Positions 27,294-35,480 of a stretch of DNA of 36,163 bases are shown here, one piece after another. The notes under the pieces were generated by a model that was not told where the DNA came from, ran no database searches, and worked only from the letters and a program-made list of their open reading frames with translations. Numbering within the stretch: the first letter of the stretch is position 1; each line of letters starts with the position of its first letter. The stretch is from an uncultured Caulobacterales bacterium (GTDB lineage: Bacteria > Pseudomonadota > Alphaproteobacteria > Caulobacterales > Caulobacteraceae), in the NCBI GenBank assembly GCA_903903715.1, contig CAIUZX010000061.1:1-36163 (forward strand). The letters are read 5' to 3'. The position numbers and the translations under genes were made by a program.

Positions 27294-28162
27294 TTTCGGA
27301 GCGTCAGAAAGCCGATTGCGGGAGCGAAATCGCCCACCTCATAGACCGCCTGGACAATGCGTTCGCCGCCAGGCTCCGGATAGACGAATTCGACCAGAAC
27401 CGACTCTCTCGGGTCGAGCGCGCTCAGCGCCCTCGCTGTAGATTCTGCAAACTCAAAACCAGAGTTCCCGTCCGGACCCTTTCGTCGTTCAGACGCAAAG
27501 TAGGCTCGTGATATTGCGCGTGGAGGCAGGTTCAAACTGCCGCTGAGGTAGGGTCGGTCCGCAATGTCCACGTTCCGCAACCATAGCCGGGCCGTGATCG
27601 GCCTCGCGCTACCGGCGCTCGGTGGCTGGGCGAACAGTCGAAGACTGCCATCGAAGGTGGCGACGCCGAATTGAACGGGCCCGTCGGCCTTGAGCGGTGA
27701 CCCGCTCAGCGCCCATCGACCGCTCTCCGACCGGCTCGAGAGCACCGTCTTGTCGGCTTTCCAAACGGACCGCATTCCAGGAAACGACATGCGGCCGATC
27801 TGGATATAGGCCGAAAACGCGGAACGAATGCGCTTGGCTTCGACGGACAGCGCCTTGTCGTTGCAAGCGATCGAGCCCCCTCGCGCCTCCGCGGCGCGGG
27901 TCAGGTTAGACAGCGCATTTTCGTCGCCGCCCGCTCTCAATATGGCGTTGCGCGCCTGCACCTGCCCTAGCTGCAAGGCCTGGGAAATGACAGGGTCGAA
28001 CAGCCTGCATCGCGAGTCCGCTTCACGCATCACCGTGCGTTCCGCGTAAAGATCTGAATTGAGCACAGCGCCCTGCGCCGCGGTCGTCCCCAGCAAGAGG
28101 CAAGTGGCTGCGCTGAGGGTGAGATTTCGCCAGCAAAAGGGACGCACCCGGGTTCGGGTCAT
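27290..28162 (-). CDS. Hypothetical secreted protein.
   Basis: The ORF is 290 aa. Signal-peptide-like N-terminus: MTRTRVRPFCWRNLTLSAATCLLLGTTAAQGA. I recognise no domain. Its stop overlaps the xdhC-like stop by 4 nt in convergent orientation. Confidence 0.6.
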   Translation of the reverse strand: MTRTRVRPFCWRNLTLSAATCLLLGTTAAQGAVLNSDLYAERTVMREADSRCRLFDPVISQALQLGQVQARNAILRAGGDENALSNLTRAAEARGGSIACNDKALSVEAKRIRSAFSAYIQIGRMSFPGMRSVWKADKTVLSSRSESGRWALSGSPLKADGPVQFGVATFDGSLRLFAQPPSAGSARPITARLWLRNVDIADRPYLSGSLNLPPRAISRAYFASERRKGPDGNSGFEFAESTARALSALDPRESVLVEFVYPEPGGERIVQAVYEVGDFAPAIGFLTLRN

Positions 28163-28254
28163 TGTAAGGGGTCTCTCGCGCCGGAAGGCCGACCTTTGAT
28201 CCGCCTATGTGATCCCGTTAGGCTTTCTGTTGAGTTAGATGAATTGGTTAAGAC

Positions 28255-28587
28255 ATGAATATTCCCACCGATATCTGGGTCGCAGCCTTGATCCGGCGCG
28301 CCAATCTGGAGGGCGCGTTCGCCGTTGTGAGCCGGAGAGGTGACGCGCGCGCCGGTGCTGTGCTGGTGAGGGTCTGGAACAGTCGTGAAAGCGCAATGCG
28401 CCTTTTTTCCGAGGCCATCGACGCAGAAGGAAAAACAGTCTGGATCCGTCCGACGAAGTCGAGTTTGGAGGCGGAAATTTCCGCCTTCGTTGAAAGGGCC
28501 ATCGGCAGAGATCCCGATGTCTGGATTGTGGACATCGAAGATCGGGACGGTCGACACTTTCTGGTCGAACCCGTTCACTCCGATTAA
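28255..28587 (+). CDS. DUF1491 family protein.
   Basis: The 110-aa protein contains IWVAALIRRANLEGAFAVVSRRGDARAGAVLVRV and WIVDIEDRDGRHFL, matching the alphaproteobacterial DUF1491 pattern. Confidence 0.8.
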   Translation: MNIPTDIWVAALIRRANLEGAFAVVSRRGDARAGAVLVRVWNSRESAMRLFSEAIDAEGKTVWIRPTKSSLEAEISAFVERAIGRDPDVWIVDIEDRDGRHFLVEPVHSD

Positions 28588-28657
28588 CCGGTTTTCTCAA
28601 CCGAGCCGTAAAGCCCTTCTGATAGTGATCAACTTCGGATGGCCGGAGTACGCATGC

Positions 28658-29032
28658 ATGATGTTCTTGCTGAATGACGCAGTGATGGTGACTGATCGAG
28701 TTTCCCTACCGATCGATCCGGTACGCTTCCGCGCTCTGAGCATGGACTTCGTCTTGAAACTTGGCGCTGAAACCTACGCCGAGCGGCCGTTGCTGCATAA
28801 AACGGATCCTGCAATTGCTCAGAGGCTCGCTAGCCTGATCATGGCCAAGGCCCCGGAAGCCAACGCCGCACTGTTCGTTGTTCCTTCCGTAAATTGCCAA
28901 CCGGAACAGGTGATTACGCGCGTTGCGACCTTGTCGATCGAGGTTATGGCTGACCTTTACAAGCGCCAGAACCAGAACACGTTGAATACGGTCGTCGCCG
29001 ACTCCATCGTGTGGCGGAGAATGGCGGCATAG
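28658..29032 (+). CDS. Hypothetical cytoplasmic protein (124 aa).
   Basis: The start is the in-frame ATG ATG at 28658, 9 nt after GGAG. The upstream 273 nt of the listed ORF (28385-) overlaps DUF1491 in another frame and was trimmed. No domain was recognised. Confidence 0.55.
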   Translation: MMFLLNDAVMVTDRVSLPIDPVRFRALSMDFVLKLGAETYAERPLLHKTDPAIAQRLASLIMAKAPEANAALFVVPSVNCQPEQVITRVATLSIEVMADLYKRQNQNTLNTVVADSIVWRRMAA

Positions 29033-29108
29033 GCTTTACGGCGCGACTTCTGAGCCTTCACCCACATTTGAGAATTCCACTTTTGCATTCGGCGATCTAC
29101 GGTGGGGC

Positions 29109-29873
29109 ATGCAGAACGCCTCGGAACTGGGAATGGCTGTCGCGACGCTGAATGACGTCAGTGTCGCCTACAATGGTCGCCAAGCCCTCGGACCGATCCG
29201 CTTTCAAGTGAACTCAGGTGAAACGACCGCGCTCGTTGGGCCATCTGGTTGTGGGAAGTCCACAGCGCTGCGCCTCCTGGCTGGCCTTGAGTCACCGAGT
29301 AAGGGACAGGTCATCCGAAACGTCGCAAAAGGGGAAACCGCGGTTGTCTTTCAGGCGCCGACGCTGGCGCCTTGGGAAACGGTCCTGAACAACGTCGCCC
29401 TTCCCCTTCGTCTCGCGGGTGTCGCGCAGGACGTCGCTTGGGAGCGGGCGCACGCCGCGTTGTCTCGCGTGGGATTGAAAGATGCCGCTGGGCTCAAGCC
29501 CGCGCAGTTGTCGGGGGGAATGGCCATGCGGGTGAGCATTGCACGCGCTCTGTCCATGTCTCCCAAGCTCGTGCTCCTCGACGAGCCCTTCGCGGCGCTG
29601 GATGAGATCACGCGACGAAAGCTTGCCGATGATGTGACCTCGCTCTGGTCCGGCGCGCGCCCGGCGGTCGCGTTTGTCACGCACAGTGTCGACGAGGCGG
29701 TCTTCATGGCGGACAGGATATTGGTCATGAGCCCTGCGCCTGGCCAGGTTGTGTACGAAGCTTCGGTGCTTGCGGGTTTTCCCCGTCCGCCGCACTTCCG
29801 TACGACCGAAATCTTCCGCAGAACCGTCGAACAGGTTTCCGATGCGCTGGCGCGTTCAATGGGTGCGCCATGA
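29109..29873 (+). CDS. ABC transporter ATP-binding protein (NitT/TauT-like family).
   Basis: Walker A GPSGCGKST, signature LSGGMAMRVSIARAL, Walker B LVLLDEPFAALD, and H-loop VTHSVDEA. Confidence 0.9.
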   Translation: MQNASELGMAVATLNDVSVAYNGRQALGPIRFQVNSGETTALVGPSGCGKSTALRLLAGLESPSKGQVIRNVAKGETAVVFQAPTLAPWETVLNNVALPLRLAGVAQDVAWERAHAALSRVGLKDAAGLKPAQLSGGMAMRVSIARALSMSPKLVLLDEPFAALDEITRRKLADDVTSLWSGARPAVAFVTHSVDEAVFMADRILVMSPAPGQVVYEASVLAGFPRPPHFRTTEIFRRTVEQVSDALARSMGAP

Positions 29874-30637
29874 CACGACCACTTGATATGTTGGCGCCTC
29901 TTGCCCTGTCGGCGGTGATTATCGGCGTATGGGAGTTGGCCTGCCGCGCTCTCTCAGTGCCGATTTACCTTTTGCCGGCGCCATCAGACATCAGCGTTGC
30001 GCTGGTTTCAAATGCGCCTCTTCTGTTTTCTTCGGCCGTGGTCACGCTCTGGGCCGCCCTGTCGGCGCTCCTCGTTTCGGCGTTGTTCGCCTTTCCATTG
30101 GCCCTCGCCGCGGCGTTGTCCCCTCTGGTGGAGCGAGCGGTCCGGCCCCTGGCGGTGACCTTGCAGGTCACACCGCTCGTTGCGATCGCCCCGCTTGTGG
30201 TGACATGGGCCGGGCTTGATCACCCAGAATACGCGACAACTGCGCTGGCTGCGGTGGTCGCGTTTTTCCCTCTCTTTTCCGGGGCGTTGACGGGATTGAA
30301 ATCGGCCGATCCCGACTTGGAACGACTGTTCGACCTCTACGGCGCGACGCCGGTCCAGAGGTTGATGCGCCTGCGCGTGCCGGCGTCTGCGCCGTTTGTG
30401 CTGGAAGGCGTGAAGGTCGGCGTCGGTCTGTCCGTGATAGGGGCGGTCGTCGCCGAGATCTCGGCCGGTTCGGGCGGCTCGCAGGGTCTGGCGTGGCGCA
30501 TCGTGGAAACGACCCATCAACTCCGCATGGCGGAGACATTTGCGGCGCTCGTCGCCCTTTCAATGCTTGCCGTGATTTTGCACGCGGTCACGCAGTATGC
30601 CGAAACGCAAATCCTGAGGAAGTGGAGAGGTCGTTAG
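29870..30637 (+). CDS. ABC transporter permease (NitT/TauT-like, BPD_transp_1).
   Basis: The 255-aa polytopic protein starts with an ATGA overlap on the ATPase gene. An EAA-like loop lies around ERLFDLYGATPVQRLMRLRVPASAP. Confidence 0.85.
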   Translation: MTRPLDMLAPLALSAVIIGVWELACRALSVPIYLLPAPSDISVALVSNAPLLFSSAVVTLWAALSALLVSALFAFPLALAAALSPLVERAVRPLAVTLQVTPLVAIAPLVVTWAGLDHPEYATTALAAVVAFFPLFSGALTGLKSADPDLERLFDLYGATPVQRLMRLRVPASAPFVLEGVKVGVGLSVIGAVVAEISAGSGGSQGLAWRIVETTHQLRMAETFAALVALSMLAVILHAVTQYAETQILRKWRGR

Positions 30638-30654
30638 CGGGACTTTAAGTCCCG
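30638..30654. repeat. Perfect 8-1-8 palindrome immediately after the permease stop codon.
   Basis: CGGGACTT T AAGTCCCG, read directly. No U-tract follows. Confidence 0.7.
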
Positions 30655-30786
30655 GGGGTTATCCTTGCGAAGTCTAGGCTCAAGACCGCCCGCGTGCGCC
30701 AGATTATTGATGGCCATGCGGTCCTTGGGTTTCGACCCCCGGCAGTGCGCTGACAGATGCGGTGAGCGGATGAGAGAGACGATCAG

Positions 30787-31890
30787 ATGAACGGCGGCGC
30801 TCAACAGAACAAGCTGGCGCAACTGATTGCTCTTGCAGGAGAGCCTTCGAGCGAGAAGCGTCGTGAGCTGCTCCGTGAAATCACTGACCTGTTCTTCGCT
30901 CACGTGGAAGGCAGCAATCCCAGAGAGCTCGAGCTTTTCGACGGGGTGATGCAGAGTCTGACAAGGGAAATGGAGCTTGAGGTTCGCGCGGAACTTTCAG
31001 AGCGAATTGCCGAAACCGAGTTTGCGCCGAAAGGCCTTGTCCGGAGTTTGGCCGAAGACGACATCGCCGTTGCTGAACCGGTTCTGACGAGGTCCCCGGT
31101 ACTTTCAGACCAAGACTTGCTCAGAGTGGTGTCTACGCGCGGACAAGATTACCTGCGCGCCGTTTCCCGCCGTGATGGTCTGTCCGAAGTGGTTTCGGAC
31201 GTCATCGTCGAGCGGGGCGACGATCATACCCTTGGCGTCCTCTTGAGGAACGAGTCGGCGAACCTGTCTCGAAAGTCGGTCGAACTGGTGGTTGATCGCG
31301 CATCGAGCAATCCTGACCTTCATTCGGCGGTGGTGGACCGTCAAAATCTCCCTGTCGATCTTTTGAATGAAATGTATTTCGTGGTCGAAGCGCGCCTTCG
31401 CGAGACGATCCTCGCCAAGAACGCAGCCCTCGACCCGGCGGATGTTCAGGCCGCTTTGGACGCGAGCCGCAAGCGGATCGCGACACGAGACGGCGCCCTA
31501 CCGGCAGACTTGAACGAAGCGGAGCGGCACGTCCGAGCGTTGATCGCCAGAAATGAAATCAAGCCGTCGACGCTGGTTTCTTTCCTTCGCTATGGGGAAA
31601 GGACCCGCTTCCTTGTGGCGTTGGCGGAACTGACGGATATCGATTTCAATACGGCGCGCTTGATCGTTGAGCGACGTCAGATGGACGCACTCGCGGTGAT
31701 ATGTAAGGCCGCAAAATTCGACCGCACCCTTTTCCTGACCTTCACGGTTCTGATCCTCGACAACGGCGAGGGGATGGGTAAGGCGCAGGAGTACGGGGCC
31801 CTGTACAACGACCTTACGATCGAAACCGCTCAGCGGACCTTGCGCTTTTGGCGGCTCCGTCGTGATACAGGCGACGTCGCAGCGGCCTGA
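30787..31890 (+). CDS. DUF2336 domain-containing protein.
   Basis: The 367-aa all-helical protein contains SSEKRRELLREITDLFF, LAEDDIAVAEPVLTRSPVLSDQDLLRVV and GDDHTLGVLLRNESANL, matching my recollection of the DUF2336 repeat pattern. Confidence 0.7.
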   Translation: MNGGAQQNKLAQLIALAGEPSSEKRRELLREITDLFFAHVEGSNPRELELFDGVMQSLTREMELEVRAELSERIAETEFAPKGLVRSLAEDDIAVAEPVLTRSPVLSDQDLLRVVSTRGQDYLRAVSRRDGLSEVVSDVIVERGDDHTLGVLLRNESANLSRKSVELVVDRASSNPDLHSAVVDRQNLPVDLLNEMYFVVEARLRETILAKNAALDPADVQAALDASRKRIATRDGALPADLNEAERHVRALIARNEIKPSTLVSFLRYGERTRFLVALAELTDIDFNTARLIVERRQMDALAVICKAAKFDRTLFLTFTVLILDNGEGMGKAQEYGALYNDLTIETAQRTLRFWRLRRDTGDVAAA

Positions 31891-31901
31891 AGAATCCGCG
31901 G

Positions 31902-33233
31902 TCAGCTTTTCGCTTTGATCTGTTCCAAGCTGGACAAGACGATCTCAGACAGCGATCGCAGGCCTCTTTCGGTGAAAACATCGAAAGCGGCGTGAAGCGA
32001 AACAGCGGCGTTCGCCAGCTCACCATCCTGACCCGTAATGTTCGCCCGCGCCTCATACACCCGCGCCAGCGCCACCTGGAGGACGGCCCAGTCCAGTGGT
32101 TGTGTCGAGGCGTTTACGGAGTAGAGCTCAGCCCTGAATGTCGCTTCGGCGTAGTCGAGCGATTTGACGTCGCCCCGCCGTTCCGCGCGGCGCGTTATGG
32201 CGATCGCTCGGTCGAAGGCGCAAACCGGCCGATGCGCCACGTCCGGCGCCTCGTCAAAGAGGAACATCGCCTGATCCAGCGCCTGGACTGCCTCGTCAAA
32301 AAGGCGATCATCCTCGCAGGCCTCGGCGAGAGTCATCAGCGCCATTCCCATCGCGTGAAGGGATCGCGCCGTATCAAGGGGGCTGTGCTCGTTGGGCAAG
32401 TGCGCGAGCGCGGCCGACAGGGCCGCAGCCCCTTGAGACATCTCATCAGGATGCCCTTCCAACATGCCGCTGGCCGCGAGAGCGGCGCCGCGCAGCGCTT
32501 CGGCTCGAGACCAAGTGATCGGAAGCCGGTCACGATCGATTCTGGTCGCCACCTGACCAAGGTCGGTCTGCGCCTGACGCAGCAGGCTCCCTTCTTTCAA
32601 CTGAAGTCCGAAGCCGACGAGCAGTTCGCTGCGATGAAGTCGCAGACTGGCGGCGAGCGTTCGTCCCTGCCCTGATTGGCGAACCCGTTGGTCTGCCTGT
32701 TCCACGGCTTCGTCGTACAGTCCTGCGGCCTCGACCGCAGCGTTGAGGTCGTTGTTGGCCAACGCTTCACGCCCAAGAAGCCGGGCGCGAAACCCCCGAA
32801 CAACAATTCGATGTTCGTCCGACAATGATTCCTGTGACTCAAGGTCCTCAATGCGGACTTCTGCCGCGCCTGCAGCGACGCTGTCCCCGAAAAGTTCCGC
32901 CGCGAGCAAGCTGGACGCCGCCAGTTCCAGCCGCGCCGCGATCCGAATTTCATCATCTGCGGCGACCCGAACGGCGCGTTCCGCGGCACGTGAGGCGGCG
33001 ATCAAGCTGGTGACATCGCCGGTGCGCCGTGCGAGCTCCCGGAGCATGAAGGCATGTTCCGTCATCCTGAGCGCGCGATCGCGGTCTTCGGCCTGATGCA
33101 CGGCGAGTCCCGCCGATGACGCCTCGTTGCGTAACGCGATCGCGTCCAAAAGCTCAATTCGCTCGGCATGCGCGAGGACGTTTGATCGGCCCGAACGGCC
33201 GAACCGTCGCCAAGTGTCGCGCTCGAATTGCAT
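31902..33233 (-). CDS. TPR-like helical repeat protein with no recognisable effector domain.
   Basis: The ATG at 33233 lies 9 nt after AGGAG; the ORF-track start at 33296 is judged an extension. There are about eight repeats of roughly 40 aa. The last, PLDWAVLQVALARVYEARANITGQDGELANAAVSLHAAFDVFT, resembles the TPR units found N-terminal to CHAT domains. Confidence 0.6.
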   Translation of the reverse strand: MQFERDTWRRFGRSGRSNVLAHAERIELLDAIALRNEASSAGLAVHQAEDRDRALRMTEHAFMLRELARRTGDVTSLIAASRAAERAVRVAADDEIRIAARLELAASSLLAAELFGDSVAAGAAEVRIEDLESQESLSDEHRIVVRGFRARLLGREALANNDLNAAVEAAGLYDEAVEQADQRVRQSGQGRTLAASLRLHRSELLVGFGLQLKEGSLLRQAQTDLGQVATRIDRDRLPITWSRAEALRGAALAASGMLEGHPDEMSQGAAALSAALAHLPNEHSPLDTARSLHAMGMALMTLAEACEDDRLFDEAVQALDQAMFLFDEAPDVAHRPVCAFDRAIAITRRAERRGDVKSLDYAEATFRAELYSVNASTQPLDWAVLQVALARVYEARANITGQDGELANAAVSLHAAFDVFTERGLRSLSEIVLSSLEQIKAKS

Positions 33234-33247
33234 AGTGAAAGTCTCCT

Positions 33248-33270
33248 GGTCGTCCCGACGCGGGACGACC
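33248..33270 (-). terminator. 10-bp GC-rich hairpin between prfC and the TPR-like gene, acting as a terminator or attenuator without a U-tract.
   Basis: GGTCGTCCCG (33248-33257) pairs with CGGGACGACC (33261-33270) across a 3-nt loop. On the minus strand it ends 3 nt before the AGGAG of the downstream gene. Confidence 0.35.
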
Positions 33271-33322
33271 GCAGCGAGCTTCACGCGACGCAGCAAAGTT
33301 GAAGCCGCAACCCGCGAAAACC

Positions 33323-34912
33323 TCAGCCGCGCTCGCGGGTGCGCTGGAATGTCACACCCGGGAAACGTTCAGTGACATATCCGATCTCCCAACTGGATTT
33401 CGCCATGAAGACCGGGAGTCCGTCGATGTCTTCAGCCATAGCGTTCCGATGTTTGCCGCTGAAGTCTTCGATGTCGGCCCGGCTTCCGGTGACCCAACGG
33501 GCTTCGGCGAAGGGGGCGGCTTCGAACAGGACGTCGAGCTGATATTCGTTCGACAAGCGGTCAGCCATGACCTCGAACTGAAGTTGACCGACGGCGCCGA
33601 CAATGAAGTCAGCGCCGATGGACGGGCGAAACAGCTGGGTGACCCCCTCTTCCGCCAGACCCTCAAGCGCTTTTTTCAGATGCTTGGCCTTCAGTGGATC
33701 CTTGATCCGGACGCGTCGAAGAATTTCCGGTGCGAAATTGGGTAAGCCTTGGAACTTCAGCGTCCCAGTTTCAGACAGACTGTCACCGACGCGCAGCACA
33801 CCGTGGTTGGGGATCCCTATCACGTCGCCTGCGAAGGCCTCTTCCGCCAGTTCACGATCGGCGGCGAAGAACATGATGGGTGAGTTCACTGAGATCTGGC
33901 GACCGGTGTTTTGGACCTTCAGCTTCATGCCCCGTGTGAAACGGCCTGAACAAAGTCGCAGCATGGCGATGCGGTCCCGGTGATTGGGGTCCATGTTCGC
34001 CTGAACCTTGAAGACGAAGCCGGTCACCTCGGTTTCCCCCGGCGCGACGTGGGTGTCTTTAGCGGCTCGGCTCGCAGCGACTTCCTTGGGCGGCGGCGCG
34101 AACGCCCCAAGTCCGGCGAGCAGTTCCTCCACGCCGAAATGCCGTAGAGCCGAACCGAAGAATACGGGCGTCATATGGCCCTCCAGGAACGCCTTCGGAT
34201 CGAAGGTCTTGGAGGCGCCGAGAACAAGCTCAGCCCCATCCGACACCTCCTCGACCTCAGTCGGATCCAAGTACTGCGAAATAGCGTTGCCTCGAAAGGC
34301 GATGCTATCGTGCGTTTCACCGTCGGCGTTTCGGACATATGGCGTGAAGCGATCCGTGCGCAGGTCGAGCACGCCCTTGAAACGCGACCCCGACCCCGCT
34401 GGCCAGTAGAGCGGTGCAGGATCAAGTGCGAGCTTGCTGCCGATCTCGTCGAGGAGCTCGAACGGATCCTGCGCCTCACGATCCATCTTGTTGATGAAGG
34501 TCAGAATCGGAATGTCCCGCAGGCGACAGACCTCGAACAGTTTCAGCGTCTGAGGCTCGATCCCCTTGGCCGCGTCGAGAACCATCACCGCGGCGTCCGC
34601 GGCGGTGAGGGTGCGATAGGTGTCTTCAGAGAAGTCTTCGTGCCCCGGGGTGTCGAGCAGATTGAACATCAGCCCCGTGTGATCGAAGGTCATAACCGAG
34701 GCGGTAACGGAGATGCCGCGCTCCTGTTCGATCTTCATCCAGTCGGAGCGGGTGCGGCGGGTTTCTCCTCGCGCCCGTACGGCGCCGGCGGCGCGGATCG
34801 CGCCTCCCGCCAGCAGCAGGTGTTCTGTCAGCGTGGTCTTACCGGCGTCCGGGTGGGAAATGATCGCAAAGGTGCGACGACGGGCGGCTTCTAGCGGAAC
34901 TGAAAGGCTCAT
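33323..34912 (-). CDS. prfC: Peptide chain release factor 3.
   Basis: RRRTFAIISHPDAGKTTLTE (G1), DTPGHEDF (G3), NKMD (G4). At 529 aa, its length and sequence are typical of RF3. Confidence 0.95.
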   Translation of the reverse strand: MSLSVPLEAARRRTFAIISHPDAGKTTLTEHLLLAGGAIRAAGAVRARGETRRTRSDWMKIEQERGISVTASVMTFDHTGLMFNLLDTPGHEDFSEDTYRTLTAADAAVMVLDAAKGIEPQTLKLFEVCRLRDIPILTFINKMDREAQDPFELLDEIGSKLALDPAPLYWPAGSGSRFKGVLDLRTDRFTPYVRNADGETHDSIAFRGNAISQYLDPTEVEEVSDGAELVLGASKTFDPKAFLEGHMTPVFFGSALRHFGVEELLAGLGAFAPPPKEVAASRAAKDTHVAPGETEVTGFVFKVQANMDPNHRDRIAMLRLCSGRFTRGMKLKVQNTGRQISVNSPIMFFAADRELAEEAFAGDVIGIPNHGVLRVGDSLSETGTLKFQGLPNFAPEILRRVRIKDPLKAKHLKKALEGLAEEGVTQLFRPSIGADFIVGAVGQLQFEVMADRLSNEYQLDVLFEAAPFAEARWVTGSRADIEDFSGKHRNAMAEDIDGLPVFMAKSSWEIGYVTERFPGVTFQRTRERG

Positions 34913-34921
34913 GAGCGGGGG

Positions 34922-35380
34922 TTAGCCCGAACGACCGACGCTGTCGACGTTTCTCCGCCAGAGCGCCCAGCAGTTGGGCGTCTCCCAGAGCTTCACCGAC
35001 TCAAGCGTTATGCCGTGAGGGGCCAGCAGAGCGGGTATGATCTGCGCCAGTTCCGCCGCGATCCTTTCCGCGGTTGGCGCCCCGTCGAGCCAATAGACCG
35101 GACGTCCCATCTGCGCATTCAATCTGGCGATATCGGCGACCTCAGTATCGGCGCGACCGAAGATCGCTGTGTGGTCGAAGTGTGTGTCGATCCAGGCGCC
35201 GAGTTCTTTTTTCAGCACGCCAAAATCAATCACTCGCCCAAGTGAATCAAGTTCCGATCCTGACACCTCCACCTCGGCCACGTACCTGTGGCCGTGGATG
35301 GCTTTGCAGGCGCCTTCATGTCCCGGAATCCGGTGGGCGGCGTCCCACTCGAAACGGCGTGAAATAGTGATCTTGGACAT
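34922..35380 (-). CDS. queD: 6-carboxy-5,6,7,8-tetrahydropterin synthase / 6-pyruvoyl-tetrahydropterin synthase family (QueD-like).
   Basis: FEWDAAHRIPGHEGACKAIHGHRY carries the Cys-x3-HGH zinc/catalytic motif. VIDFGVLK and FDHT are also present. The start is set at ATG 35380 because the ORF-track extension to 35494 would overlap the divergent SDR gene. The stop lies 9 nt before the prfC ATG. Confidence 0.8.
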   Translation of the reverse strand: MSKITISRRFEWDAAHRIPGHEGACKAIHGHRYVAEVEVSGSELDSLGRVIDFGVLKKELGAWIDTHFDHTAIFGRADTEVADIARLNAQMGRPVYWLDGAPTAERIAAELAQIIPALLAPHGITLESVKLWETPNCWALWRRNVDSVGRSG

Positions 35381-35480
35381 GTCGCGGACGCTGACGTGAG
35401 GGGCGTAAGACCGAACCGGTCTAGCTGAGCGGCGCGCTAAATCATAGATACGGACACTTGTCGAATCTGCGGAGCGGAAC

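Noticed and set aside
28385-28657. The N-terminal 91 codons of the listed 215-aa ORF (28385-29032).
   Set aside because: This part overlaps the recognisable DUF1491 gene in another frame and is Arg/Ser/Pro-rich. An ATG with a GGAG RBS at 28658 gives a compact 124-aa protein.
29033-29108. A possible TPP or other riboswitch upstream of the NitT/TauT-type ABC genes.
   Set aside because: Only a CTGAG pentamer is present. None of the conserved TPP-riboswitch helices or the ACCTGATCTGGATAATGCCAGCG-like core can be found, and the region is too short.
30726-30740. A tRNA/tmRNA-like T-arm (GGGTTTCGACCCCC) in the intergenic region.
   Set aside because: Only a 3-bp stem can form. No acceptor stem, D-arm or anticodon arm can be built from the flanking sequence.
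30634-30903. An 89-aa minus-strand ORF across the permease/DUF2336 intergenic region.
   Set aside because: It is antisense to the DUF2336 N-terminus, with no RBS or motif. It is likely spurious.
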